From Zygnema circumcarinatum SAG 698-1b (Eukaryota; Plantae; Zygnematophyceae): 64,000 nucleotides of DNA. How positions within the stretch are numbered: position 1 is the first letter of the stretch; each line of letters begins with the position of its first letter. The stretch lies in contig CM074811.1 of NCBI GenBank assembly GCA_037447605.1, forward strand, positions 3,534,001-3,598,000, in the 5' to 3' direction. A program made the translations under genes and the position numbers. The notes under the pieces were generated by a model. That model was not told the origin of the DNA and did not search any database. It saw only the letters and a program-made list of their open reading frames with translations. Positions 1 through 11,500 of this stretch are shown piece after piece.

Positions 1-532
1 ATGTGCAGAATTGCCGTTCCAGTTCAGCAATTTCTGTAACAAACAGCCAGCTTGAGAGCGGCCATGGCGACAAATCCGGACTCGTCCACAGCAACATGCT
101 CGCCCCCGCGATCTGAAGTGTTCCAAACATTTCCAAGGGACAGCCACAATTCAGAATGCAGCGGCAGGCGCGGGAGGAGTTTGATTCCTTATCCAAAACA
201 AGCGAAATAAGGAAGAGGGAGCGGAAGCAAGGGAAGGATAACATCCGCAAGACTCACCAAGGGTAGCAAGAGAGGGGTAAGACGCAGTCCTTGCACCTCG
301 AGATCCTCGCCCTTCTTCTGCAGGCAATAGCATCAAACGATAAATACGAAAATCCTTAGATTCACCAGGATCCTCTCCTACAATGGCGCAAGGAGATCTC
401 CCTCACCTCCTCCCGCACCCTCCAGTCGACCAAGGGGCTCCATTCCTGGGAGAGATTGCCGAGAGTGCAGCTCGCCAGGCTGCCCACAGCCGAGGAAGGC
501 AATCCTCTCCCGTTTAGAAGGATCGGCGCCAT
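1..532 (-). CDS. 5' part of an unidentified intron-containing gene running off the window start
   Basis: ATG at 532 (MAPILLNGRGLPSS...), candidate GT donors near 400-420, a short exon CAG|AAGAAGGGC...CCCTTG|GTGAGT (~260-319) and an open frame over ~200-1. No recognisable domain. Confidence 0.3.
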
Positions 533-1418
533 GGCGGCCCCGCAGACAACGTTACGACAGCGAGAGAGAGAGAGGGAGAGAGGGACAGAGGGCGAGGGAG
601 AGGGAGAGGGAGAGCTGGAGGGAGCTCCGCAGCGAGTGGTCGCAACTCTTTGCTGAGCCTGCAAGCTTCCAGCAGTCGCCTATAGGCCGTACAGCTGGTC
701 TCAAACTAGGGCGTACGAATTGATACGTGGAGGCTTATGATTGGCTAATGCTTGCCAGCGTGGCAAATCACCATACCAACCAATCAAATGCTTTTTACGC
801 ATGTGCGAATACGAGACCGCCAGTTTGAATGAGGCAAGGAGAGTTTTGAACCGATATTTTTTTCGGGTCAGGCCTGCCCGACATCGGGAAATCGGACGGT
901 CCAAGGGACGAAGAGAGTTTAATCGACGGCTGTCCGCGCCCGATCGGACGGCCCTCCGACGCTGACCGCTTCTGACCCAACTTCCGGCAACTTCGGTCCG
1001 AACGGAAACTTTTCGGGACATCGCTGTCGGTCGCTGGTCGCGCCGGAGGGGTCCGGGTCAGAGGCGTTCCGTGCTGCAACTCCGTTCACCGTTGAGTTGA
1101 GCACGACTCACACGTGTAGGAAGTCTGTTTGGAGATTTTTTTGCGGCAATCGTCTACTGCCACGTCAGCACAAAATGATGGCTGCCTTGGGTTCCAGAGG
1201 ACCAGGACTGACTTCCAATCGCTGTTGGCCACGTGGCACTCGTCGTCGGCGGCGCTCACTGAAAGTAGTGTGTTGGCGCGCAGTGAGGGAGGTGTCGGAT
1301 TCCAAAAAAAAAAATCAGGCTTGGACCTTAGACGTGAGTATAAAAAACTAAGATTCACCCCCATACACAAAGGGCACTCTTATGGGGAGGGAGTACAAAG
1401 GGAGGAAAGTCCAATTCA

Positions 1419-1490
1419 TCGTGGTTCCCCATGCTGCTTTTGTCCATGTACATTTGATGGCCTCGCCATCGTGAGTTCAATGCCATTTTC
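1419..1490 (+). repeat. Dispersed ~70-100 bp repeat module, copy A
   Basis: Core GTGGTTCCCCATGCTGCTTTTGTCCATGTACATTTGATGGCCTCGCCATCGTGAGTTCAATGCC recurs at 5284-5371 (-), 13320-13407 (+) and 52375-52467 (+). Confidence 0.85.
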
Positions 1491-2026
1491 CTTCCTTGAG
1501 GAAAGCGAATTGCCGATGCTGCTGTTGATGTTTGAGTCGCCGCATTGTTCTATTCATGTTTGGGCGCTGCTTGAAGTGCAAACACATGGCACCAGGGATG
1601 CTCATTGGAGGCTGCCCATAATTTGGAGGACACGTGACAAGCTCCAGGCAATGGCATACGCAACCATATGCAATGGGCATCATCACAGAATTGACCCTTT
1701 GCAAATGAACACTTTTTAAATGTCTATTTTCTATCTCCCCCTCATTATCTGATCTGAAATGTAAGGGGCATACTTCAATGGCTACTTTGTGGCTACAAAA
1801 GAAACAGTAAAACACAAATGGACTTGCTCGAACGCAGTGTTCAGGCCGACGGACACAACTGCAAAATTTTACATTTGATCTTCAAAAGCTGGTATGATCA
1901 AAGCTGGCGGCTGTGAAGCCTGAGCCTCTCCACGAAGCCAAAACAAAAATAGTGAAAAGTACACATACAGGTATTCTCATTTATAAGAAAAAAGGGGAAA
2001 CGAATTGGCATTCCTGAGTCATTTCC

Positions 2027-4601
2027 TTACGGGTTCTTCGGGTGTTGGAGAACCTCGTCAGCATATCCGAGTTTCGTAACTTGCCAACTCTCCTTACTGA
2101 CAACGCTTCGGTGCGTCGGTGCATACGACTGCTCTCCCACGGCTCCCTCCAAGAGAAGGCTGTCAGCCCATAAGGCATCTTTCTACGCTATTTTTGCATT
2201 TCTGCAAATGGGTTTAAAGAGTTGAAGATTAGCAGCGCATACTTACCTGCAGCAAGTCGAGGAGCTCGCTTGGAGTTTGGCCGCACATTACGATGTCACG
2301 TCCATCAGATGTCAAGAAGCCCTCCGCTACCGCGTTATCAAAAAAATCGAGCAGCTTTGTAAAGTAACCGCCCACGTTCAGTACTGCCACCTGCATCACA
2401 AGGGCGTTCCTCTTAGGTGTTTGGGGCTTTTAGACTTTGAAAATAACCAAGGTTTGCCTTCAACAATGGTGTTAGAGTCTAGAGTTAGATGGAAGGAATG
2501 ACGGACCGGCTTGGAGTGGATACCGAGCTGTGACCTGCATAAAGAGAGCACATTTTGGAAAAACACTGAAGGCAGGATTATCAATTTTATCATCCTGCGA
2601 GGACCTCTACTTCAATAAACGAAGCGATAGGGGGGATTCAATGAATTGCAGCCTGTTTCAAGCAATGTGTGATGATTGCGATAGAAAATCACTTTTCCTT
2701 CTTGTAGACTTTCATCATGTCCTTCTCCGCTTTTAAATGGGAAAAGGATAAACGCACCAAGTGATCATTTCGAGCAGTTCCTCGAGGGTCCCAAAACCAC
2801 CTGGCAACCTCAAGCCAATCACGCCTTCACTAGTTTTCCCATTTTTTTTCAAATCTTAAGGTCTATGCAGGAGTATGCAGGAAACAGCTAGGGAATGGAG
2901 AGAGTGCGTGCCCCACCGGGCAGGGCAACAAACGCATCCGCTTCAGCCGCCATTTGCGCTTTTCGCTGCAGAGAAATAGTGGGAGAGAACAGTGAGAGAT
3001 GGACAAGTGTGGGAGGAGGAGGAGGGGGGCGAGGGGAAGTGTACAACTGCAGCAAGCTAGGTGACAAGGTAAAGGATGACGGAGGTAGATAAGGACGACG
3101 AGGTGAGACTTCAGAAACTCCTTAAGTGAGAACTCAATTTCGTACCTCGTGCATATCCTTGACAACACGGATCTCGCCTACGCTCGATCCAGATATCTGC
3201 CCGCCCAGCAGTTTTTTAAAAAGCCCCGTAAAATACAGGCACTGCAAAAGGCACTATAAAATGGTTATCTTTGCAAAATTAGTTTGGTGGCTGAAAGAAT
3301 TCAGATGAACGAACCTCAAAGGATTCCAGGGCGCCAGGGATGATCCTGAGAACCCATAGAGCAACAACTGCTGTTATGAAAATGGCACCGTGGATAAGAG
3401 TGAGTTTTTTTAACTACATGCTGGCTACAGGCTGGCTACAGGGAAATGCCTTAAGCTTTGCAATAGCTTGAGCTGGACTGAACATACAGCTGGCGGGTAA
3501 ACACAAGACTAGATGCAATATGGCATGACCTTTAAGTTGACGGCTTGTTACTCGAATTTAGTTAAAGCATGCAATTTATGAGCTAGTTTTACATCAAAGG
3601 CGAGTCCGAAACAGACTAATTTGGAAAACTAGTGTTGCTTTGTTGGACAGAACAATGGATGACCATGAACGGAATGTTGAAAAATGAAATTCCAGGCAAA
3701 ATCAAGCTTAGGTAGTAGCGATATGAAGGTCCTGCTGTTTCCTAACAAAACTATCACGTTTTTGGCACTACACGAAGAGAAAGAAAAGGGAAGAAAACTA
3801 CCTCTTTCAATACTGAATCTTCTTATAAACGTCGGTAGTTGATTTTTTATAACTGAAAGAGTTATGGGTGACTAACCCGATAACGCTTCCCCCTCCATTG
3901 TACACGGCCTTCGCAACAACGCCCATCAACCCGACGCTGCATGCAACAATGTCAAACATCACATTTTACATATTCAGGTGAATAGTCAATAGCCAATGTT
4001 CGCTCCCTTTCCCTTCCAAACGCCTTCCCATTGCTGCTGCCCTGTGCTCAAACATGCCAAATATTCTTTGGCAAACTACCTAGACCTAACCCTCGTTGCG
4101 ACAACGTCGCTCAGAATTACAACACTAGCAAAGCAGGTTCAGACGAATGGGAACATCTCAACAAGCTGAAAGGCCAAGGTAAAAAAAAATATTTATAGTA
4201 AAAAAGACGTAAACATTGTTCGTAGATTATAGAAATTCTGAAATGAAGGAATATTGACCGAAGCACCTTCCTCCGCCATAAACAAGTCCCAGTCCCCGAG
4301 CAGCCTGCAAGGCCTCCACCCCACTTTTTCAGACGCCTGCGACAGCTTCAACCTAAGGAAAAAGCATTCATGCAGGCGTGTCAATAAACTCTATTCACAC
4401 ATCAAAACTGAGAAGCTTCAACACAGAAGTGCGAGAAATAGGCCGTACAATCTCCTTTCCCAGCTCCGCCGCTGCAAGCGCGTAACTCTCCTGGCGGCCA
4501 AGCTTGGAGCCGCAGTAGACACACACGCGGCGCAGAGGCGCAGAACTGCCATGGCTTCCACCGCCTTCTCCTCCTCCTCCTCCTCCTCCTGCTTCCGCCA
4601 T
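2027..4601 (-). CDS. LOG: LONELY GUY-family cytokinin riboside 5'-monophosphate phosphoribohydrolase, multi-exon
   Basis: Exons join at GT-AG sites into RRVCVYCGSKLG...ELGKEI|AARGLGLVYGGGS|VGLMGVVAKAVYNGGSVIG|IIPGALESFE|ISGSSVGEIRVVKDMHE|RKAQMAAEADAFVALP|GGFGTLEELLEMITW|SQLGIHSKP|VAVLNVGGYFTKLLDFFDNAVAEGF...|SYAPTHRSVVSKESW...KNP*. The PGGxGTxEE motif is intact. ATG 4601, stop 2027-2029. Confidence 0.93.
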
Positions 4602-4604
4602 GGC

Positions 4605-4640
<36 letters not shown>

Positions 4641-5283
4641 TCCCTTCCAAGGGACAGTGCGAGGCCGGCGATGGAGTTCAGTTTGGAAGGATCTTCAGGC
4701 AGGATGAGGAGGACGGCCACGTGGCAGACCACCATTGGGCATGTGGGCGCGCGTACGGACTGGCGCACACTGGCCGTACGATGACCACTTTGGACCAACC
4801 GGGGCTGCCTCTAGAGGCGTCTTGTTGTTGTTGTTGGGCCTACAAGCAAGATTTTGCTCATGGCTTTTACTATCGGTACTAGTTGTGAGCGTGATTCACC
4901 ATGTTGTTGTTGTCCAGCTATCGTGGGATCAGTAGGCCATGTCAGACTTCTTTGCACTGTCTAAGTCAAGTCGTCAGGTCAGGCAATGCGAGCGGCGCAT
5001 GTCTGCCAGCGCCAACTATAACATCGGAGTTCATTATCCACTCAGTCAGGTTGGTTGAGAAGCAATTAACAATAACTACAACGCTATTGTCTTGTGCAGC
5101 TCAGAAAGGTGGCGACAACAGTTTGGTTATTTGGACACATTGTGTGATTTGAATAAGATGTGTAGGAGTCATGTTGGCATTTTTTAATTCAAATTTAGCG
5201 ATAACCGGACATGCCAGGAAACCACAATCTGTCACAACTAACACGTGGCTTGTATGTCGTGCGGAATCAGAAGAAATAGAGGT

Positions 5284-5371
5284 GGCATGGATCTCACGAT
5301 AGCGAGGCCATCAAATGTACATGGACAAAATTAGCATCGGGAACCACAAAGAACTAGTCGCAAAGGACCTA
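5284..5371 (-). repeat. Dispersed repeat module, copy D
   Basis: Reverse complement reads TAGGTCCTTTGCGAC...GTGGTTCCCGATGCTAATTTTGTCCATGTACATTTGATGGCCTCGCTATCGTGAG, matching copies A, B and C. Confidence 0.8.
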
Positions 5372-5507
5372 CGGAATCCCACAAAACTTGCGAATTATCA
5401 GCTCGTGCTCGGGGCCCAAGCAACGGCTTGGTATTCATGACAACTTTATTCACGACACCTTTTAGGAAAGGAAGTATAAATTTTCATGCATTGAGTTGAG
5501 GGGGGGC

Positions 5508-8500
5508 TCAAGCGGAAGCAGGCGCCGGCGGCTTCGTGAGGTGGCGGCTGAGACGAGCAGAGAGGCCCAGCGCCGTCACCTCCTCCGCGCCGACCAACGC
5601 TCTCAGCCGCTCGTCTGCTCGCGCAACACGCCCATTGGCGGGGTCCTGCAAGAGGCACCAACCTCCCTTCAATACGAATTCAGAAAGAGAACGACATATT
5701 ATTGCTTTGCATGTCATACACGACAAAAAAAATTAAAAAAAAATGTGTGCCATACATAACATATTGTGAGTGACATGAACGATATACAAAACATATACAC
5801 GATACCATATTGCCACATGACGAGCACCACAGGAGAGCACCTCTTGCAACTGCAAGCACACCTGACAGACTTTGGCACTTCACACGAAGCACGCGAGACA
5901 GCATGCACGGGTCGTGAATTGCCCGAATGAGCGTCCACCCCAGATTGGTGCTCTAAGAAGGAAGGACTGGAAGAAGAGCAAAGCCCACCTGTAGTTGCTC
6001 CTTCTTCACATACTGCCACACTAACTTCACTGCCTCTGACCTTGTGACGCGCTCAACCTGCCCAAACCCCACAGCTTCAACTCGTCAAGCCACGGCTACC
6101 TCGGGAGTCTCTCTGCTTCCAATGCCAACTTATTCAAAGGAGCAGGACCTCACCCCGCCAAGAAACTTCGAAAGTTCGGAAGATACCACCAGCATCTGCT
6201 GAACCTTTCCTTTACCAACCTGCTCTCCCTCGTCCGGGTCCCTCACAGTGGCGGCGGCTTTTTGCCTAACCACTCTAGTCTTCTTCTCCTTGCCTTTCTC
6301 TCTGCTATCCTCGACCACACTACTTCTACCCCTTCCTCCTTGGCGCTTGCTCATCCTTTCAGCCTTTCTATCCAAAAGAGTAACTGCACTATCTACAGTT
6401 ATATTCGTTGGGTCCTCCTTACTAGGCAAGGACGCCTTTATATCCCCATGACTAATATACCAACCAAAAGGACCCCTAGCTAGCTCAATTTGCCCTCCTA
6501 ATGGATGCTCTCCCACGACTTGATTAGGCGCAAAGAGAGAGAGAGCGGTAGAGAGATTCACATCCTCCGCCTGCACGCCTTTAGGCAACGGCGCTCTTCG
6601 AACTTTGTTCTTCCCTTTTGCTGCCAATTGCACATACGGACCATATGGCCCATATTGTAATGATACCTCACGACCACTTTCATCCGTTCCAAGAACTTGA
6701 ATTTCCTTGTTCTCACTGATGGTTCCCGTTTCCGTTACACCCACGCGATAACTGCCGTGGTAGAAAATTATTCAGCAAAATGTCCATTAGTCCTTGGAAT
6801 TTGCTTGATCAATGCTTCCTCAAACAGGGTTAGTAAAAATTAACGAAACTTCAACAAGAATGCCATTAGTCCTCATTGTCAGATACTGTGTTGGATCACA
6901 CCTGCAAGCTTCTCTTTTGCATCATCAAGTCCCATTATAACTACCACTTCCCCTACTACTACTACTTGGACAAAGTGGGGCAAAGAAGGCTTCTCTCACC
7001 TGCATTCCGGATACCTTGAGCACCCAAGAAAGAGGCCGGAGCCATGGCTGCTGAACTTCACCTCCACCTCTCCAGTTCCGCAGCTGCACATCATCAGAAC
7101 CAATGCCTTGGTCATTTGATGCAAGAAGCAGAAACTAAGTGGCTGCAACAAAATTCAAATTCACAGTCCACTGAATAGCGGCCTCCTCCCCTCCCTTCAA
7201 GGGTAGCAAATAGGTCCTTGACACCACCTTGGACACGTTCTGCTTCCCTTCTCATTTCCCTCCTCCGCAGGAAAAAGCTTTGGCCCAAGAATCTCTTCAA
7301 TTGCTGAAGCTACCTGTCAACAGTCAACAAGAAGAACTTTTAGTCTTTTCTCTCCTTTTTCTGCCCGTCATAACGCCCCTGTTCTTGTAAGCAGACCCTG
7401 GAGGAAGATCAGAGATGAAATTACCATTGAAGGTTCCAACTCCAACGCTTCTTGAACTGCAGGATGGAACCCCTTCCAGAATGAAGCCAACACTTCCTTC
7501 CACTCTGCTTTCCCTGCCGACACTTCATCTAACTGCATCCAAAAGGCCTCCGAACCCCTTTCTCTCCTAGTCAGACTTTTGAACTTCCTCCATTATGCGG
7601 AGCGTCATACAAGCTGGATATTGCCTCCTGCCCTCCTATCCTACGAATGCATACACTAATATCCACTCCCCCTCCTTCCGTAACTGCATGCTCACCTGCT
7701 CTTCCATCTCAGCAGTGAAGGCAGGGTCTACATAGCGCGGAAAGAAGCGCCCAAGAAAGGCTGCCACCTGCAGATACACTATCACATTGCACACTCAGAA
7801 ACAAGCCACCCAACTTGGGAAGGATTGAGTCGACTATGCACGAATAAATGGAAGCAAAAGGTTAATACATGGGTACATGAGTACATAACTATCTGAAATA
7901 TATGAACATACGCATAAATGAGCATTTGAATTACAAGAAAGCACAAAACTTACCATTCGACCACGCATCTCCGGAACCAACCGCCCCTTCTCTGATCGGA
8001 TGTACGTCCTCGTCTGCCCATAAAGAGAGCAGGAAAAACATATAGTATCATCTTTTCATGATTGACATGAAAAAATGATTTTACTTGTCTATGATCCTTT
8101 CCAAATCATGGCTATAGTGAAACAATATAGGAAAATCCTTCCCAACATTATTTTACACGGCGGTCTCAAAAAGCTTTAACATAGCACATCCCTGAAGAGT
8201 GACTGACACAAGTAGTAGTAAAACATTTGGGAACACGTTCATCCTTTCAGAATCTTAAGGCTTGCTCATACAGCTGCTGCAACATACCTGCAAAGTCTTC
8301 ATGGTGGATGCGTAGGTTGAGGGTCTTCCAACGCCTGCCTCCTCCATCTTCTTCACCTGCAGCAACCCCTACTTCTATCTTGTCACCTCTTGGGCAGAGA
8401 AAGAGTACATCCTTAAGAAACGAGCTCTCTCACGCTTTGTCACCGAATCCATTACTCTCGCAGGCCGTCTCCTTAATGTTTACACAATTTCATCCTGCTC

Positions 8501-11500
8501 AATATACAAAAACAGAGAAACCATATTCTCTTCAGAACGCATCAACTCACAAGAGTGCCTTCAGTGAAGCGGGGCGGCGGCTCCGTAAAGTGCTGCCGGG
8601 GGTCCACTGACAGTAGCTCCACTGGTTGTCCCTCCTGGAGAAAAAATGCTACGCATATGAGGGAGGGAGGGAGGGAGGGTGGGGAGGGGGCGGGGGAGGG
8701 GAGAGGGGGGAGGGGGGAGGGGCGAGGAGGGAAATGAGAGAGTGGAGGTGGGAGGAGGGCAATGGGAGGGGGAAGGGGGAAGAAAGGGGGAGGGGAGACG
8801 AACAGGAGGGGGGGAGAAACGGGATGGAGGGGGGAGGAAGGTGGGCGGTGGGAGGAGTGGGGAGGGCGGAGGGGGGAAGGAGGGGGGATGGGGAAATGGG
8901 AAGGGGCGGGAGGGAGGGATCGTCGAACAAGGAAGGCAATCTGTACCTTGAGGTAGCCCAGCTGACTGTATTGGCTGCTCTCCTCCTCCGCACTCATTTC
9001 CGGCTTCGCTGCAAGTGCTGATGCATCCTGGGAGCCCCTCCCCTCCCTTTCGCCAAATAAGTCTCTGCTCCCAGTAAGCCGTTACTGAAACAGCTATGCG
9101 AGCGGGAACAAAAAGAGAATATAACAAAGGCGTACCTGTTGTGGGGCTAAGCACCCCATAAAGGACACCTTGGAACTGCTGCTATGAAGGCGAACCCCCT
9201 CGCCCTTGTCGCCAACATCGACTGCCACCTGTCACCCTCTCCAGTTCAGATCTTTCACCTCCCCAGTGTCTAAACTGAGGCATAACCTGTCAAAGGCACA
9301 AGGCCCTCACAGAACCTGCCTGGAGGATACGAGAGGGTATACACAGCAGTTAACTTCCTACAAGCGTGCAAGTACATTGGCTGTAAAGCAGAATTGTTTT
9401 TCAGGCACATGCTCGACTTCACAGTTCTCCTCCCGCTTCTCGTCTGCTCGCCCTCTCCCTTCCTCAACCCCCACCAACTATCTCCAGCCACTCCTCCTCC
9501 TTCCTCTCAACCTTTCCTTTCCTTGAAAGCTTGCAAACAATTGGATCTTACCAGAGAGATAACTGCATTGCTCATCTGACAGGCAACACTGCGAGCCCAA
9601 ATGAGTCGGTAGAGTCGAAGCTCATCTTCCGCTAACTCCCCCTTCAGCGTGGCTGCCCTTCATCCCTCCAGCCACAAAAAAAAAAAAAAAAACCCAAAAG
9701 CGCCACATAGAACACCGTTAATCCCCACTCTCCAGAGAAGGTCAGGGAGAAAACTTAGGTTTGAAGTGTTGCACATCCTAGAAAAACTCTTCGTACCCTC
9801 AACTCCCAAGGAGAGCCAAGCGGGGGAATCAAACAATCAAACACCCCATGAAAATTTTGAATATTTTTAAAGAAGAGAGAGAGAGAGGCAGAGAGTGAGA
9901 GAGGGAGAGAAGGAAAGAGAGAGAGAGAAAGCGAGAGAGAAGTGAGGGAGAGAGAGTACGGGAGAGGGCTAAACTCAGCACGTACATGGCAGCTTGAAGG
10001 GGTCAGTGGTCCGTATGGCTTCATGGGCTTCTTGCGCGTTTTTTATTTTGCTTTTGTACACACGAGGTACATCCGAAACATAGTCTGCTCCGTAACTGCA
10101 ACCAACTCTCCTCAGAAAGTGAGCAAGTTTGAAAAATAAGTCGATGATGCAAGCATAGTGCAGAATAATCTGCGTTGAAACATGAACAAGGGCTATGTTT
10201 CTGCCACCTACCGTTCAGTGACAAGTTTGCGCAAAGCCTGAACTGCGACTGGTGAGAGCTGCATTGCGATGGTTTCGCTTGTCAGATAGTTCACATGAGT
10301 AGCATGCAAGAGAGGTTCATGGCTCAGTACATACGTAACGAAACGGAAAAGCAAGCTCGCCCTAATGCATTCTGATAAAGTTGTGGGCACCTGCGTACTG
10401 TCCGTACGCATGTATGTGATGAGTCCTCCATGTTTCCCGACTCCTTCATACAATTTTTGGGCAGCCTGCACCACTCCACAATGAAGACTTCACTCCTCTC
10501 TCCTCTCTCTCCGCCTTACATGATCATCTGGACAAACCTACCTCCTAACTTTCCCATGTAAATACTCGTCGTAACCCCTCCCTCTTTCCTGCCCCTTCCC
10601 CTTTCACTCCCACCCTATTGAACAACCAAAAAGAGCCCAAAACTCCCAAGTTTCCTGAGAGTTTCGTTCAGAGTTTGGAAGGATTCACGGCTTCTCACCG
10701 CCATCGTTCGCGACGAGCCGAAACCGAGCTTGCTAGATGCATCCTGCTGCAGTGTAGATGTGGTATATGGAGCTGCAGGACTTCTCTGCCTGCTGCTGTA
10801 CTTCACATTTTCCACCACCAATGTGCAAGATTCGACAGCCTGAACAGCCAACTTGGCTGCCTTCTCACTGCCTATGGCTTTGGGTTCAAGCTTCCTCCCA
10901 TCCATGTTAGTTAGAAGAGCCGAAAAATCGCCTCCAGAAGCTCTCAACTTAGCTTCCACTGACCAGTGTTCCTGCCGCTTAAATGCCTCAATTTCCGCCT
11001 CCCTTTCACAAACAAACCCAAGAGCTACAGATTGAACTCTGCCTGCACTTTTACTCCCAGGAAGTTTTCGCCACAATACAGGGGAGAGGTCAAAGCCCAT
11101 TAGGAAGTCGAGTGCCCGTCTGGCCATATAAGCCTCCACTAAAGGAGTGCTCACTTCCCTGGGCTGCGCCATGGCTTCCTTCACAGCTGAGGAGGTAATT
11201 TCATTGAAGCAGACTCTCTGCACCAACTGCTCACGCTGCAGAATTCCCGACTCTCGCAGAGTTTCCAGAACGTGCCATGCTATAGCCTCCCCCTCCCGGT
11301 CGGGGTCCGTCGCGAGGATGAGGCCTTTGGCTCTGCAACCATTTCTCTGTAACAGTTGTGTCTTAACCAAAGAATTGCAACAGAACAGTGACTTTGCAGA
11401 AAAGTGAGCAGTGGTTTGGAAGACGAGGACTGAAGGCACCACGTTACAAACGTTTCAAAACCAATCAGATAGCAGGCTAATGTGGGCGGAACAACAACTG

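Noticed and set aside
740-1080. TCGGACGG/GGGTC-rich stretch as a distinct element
   Set aside because: Short motifs recur, but no termini, TSD or second copy could be found in the window.
1129-1719. 196-aa ORF as a gene
   Set aside because: No domain or splice support, and it runs through a dispersed non-coding repeat copy.
8542-9154. Stack of Pro-, Gly- and Glu-rich ORFs on both strands
   Set aside because: Produced by the intronic G-rich tract; only the short flanking topA exon pieces are credible.
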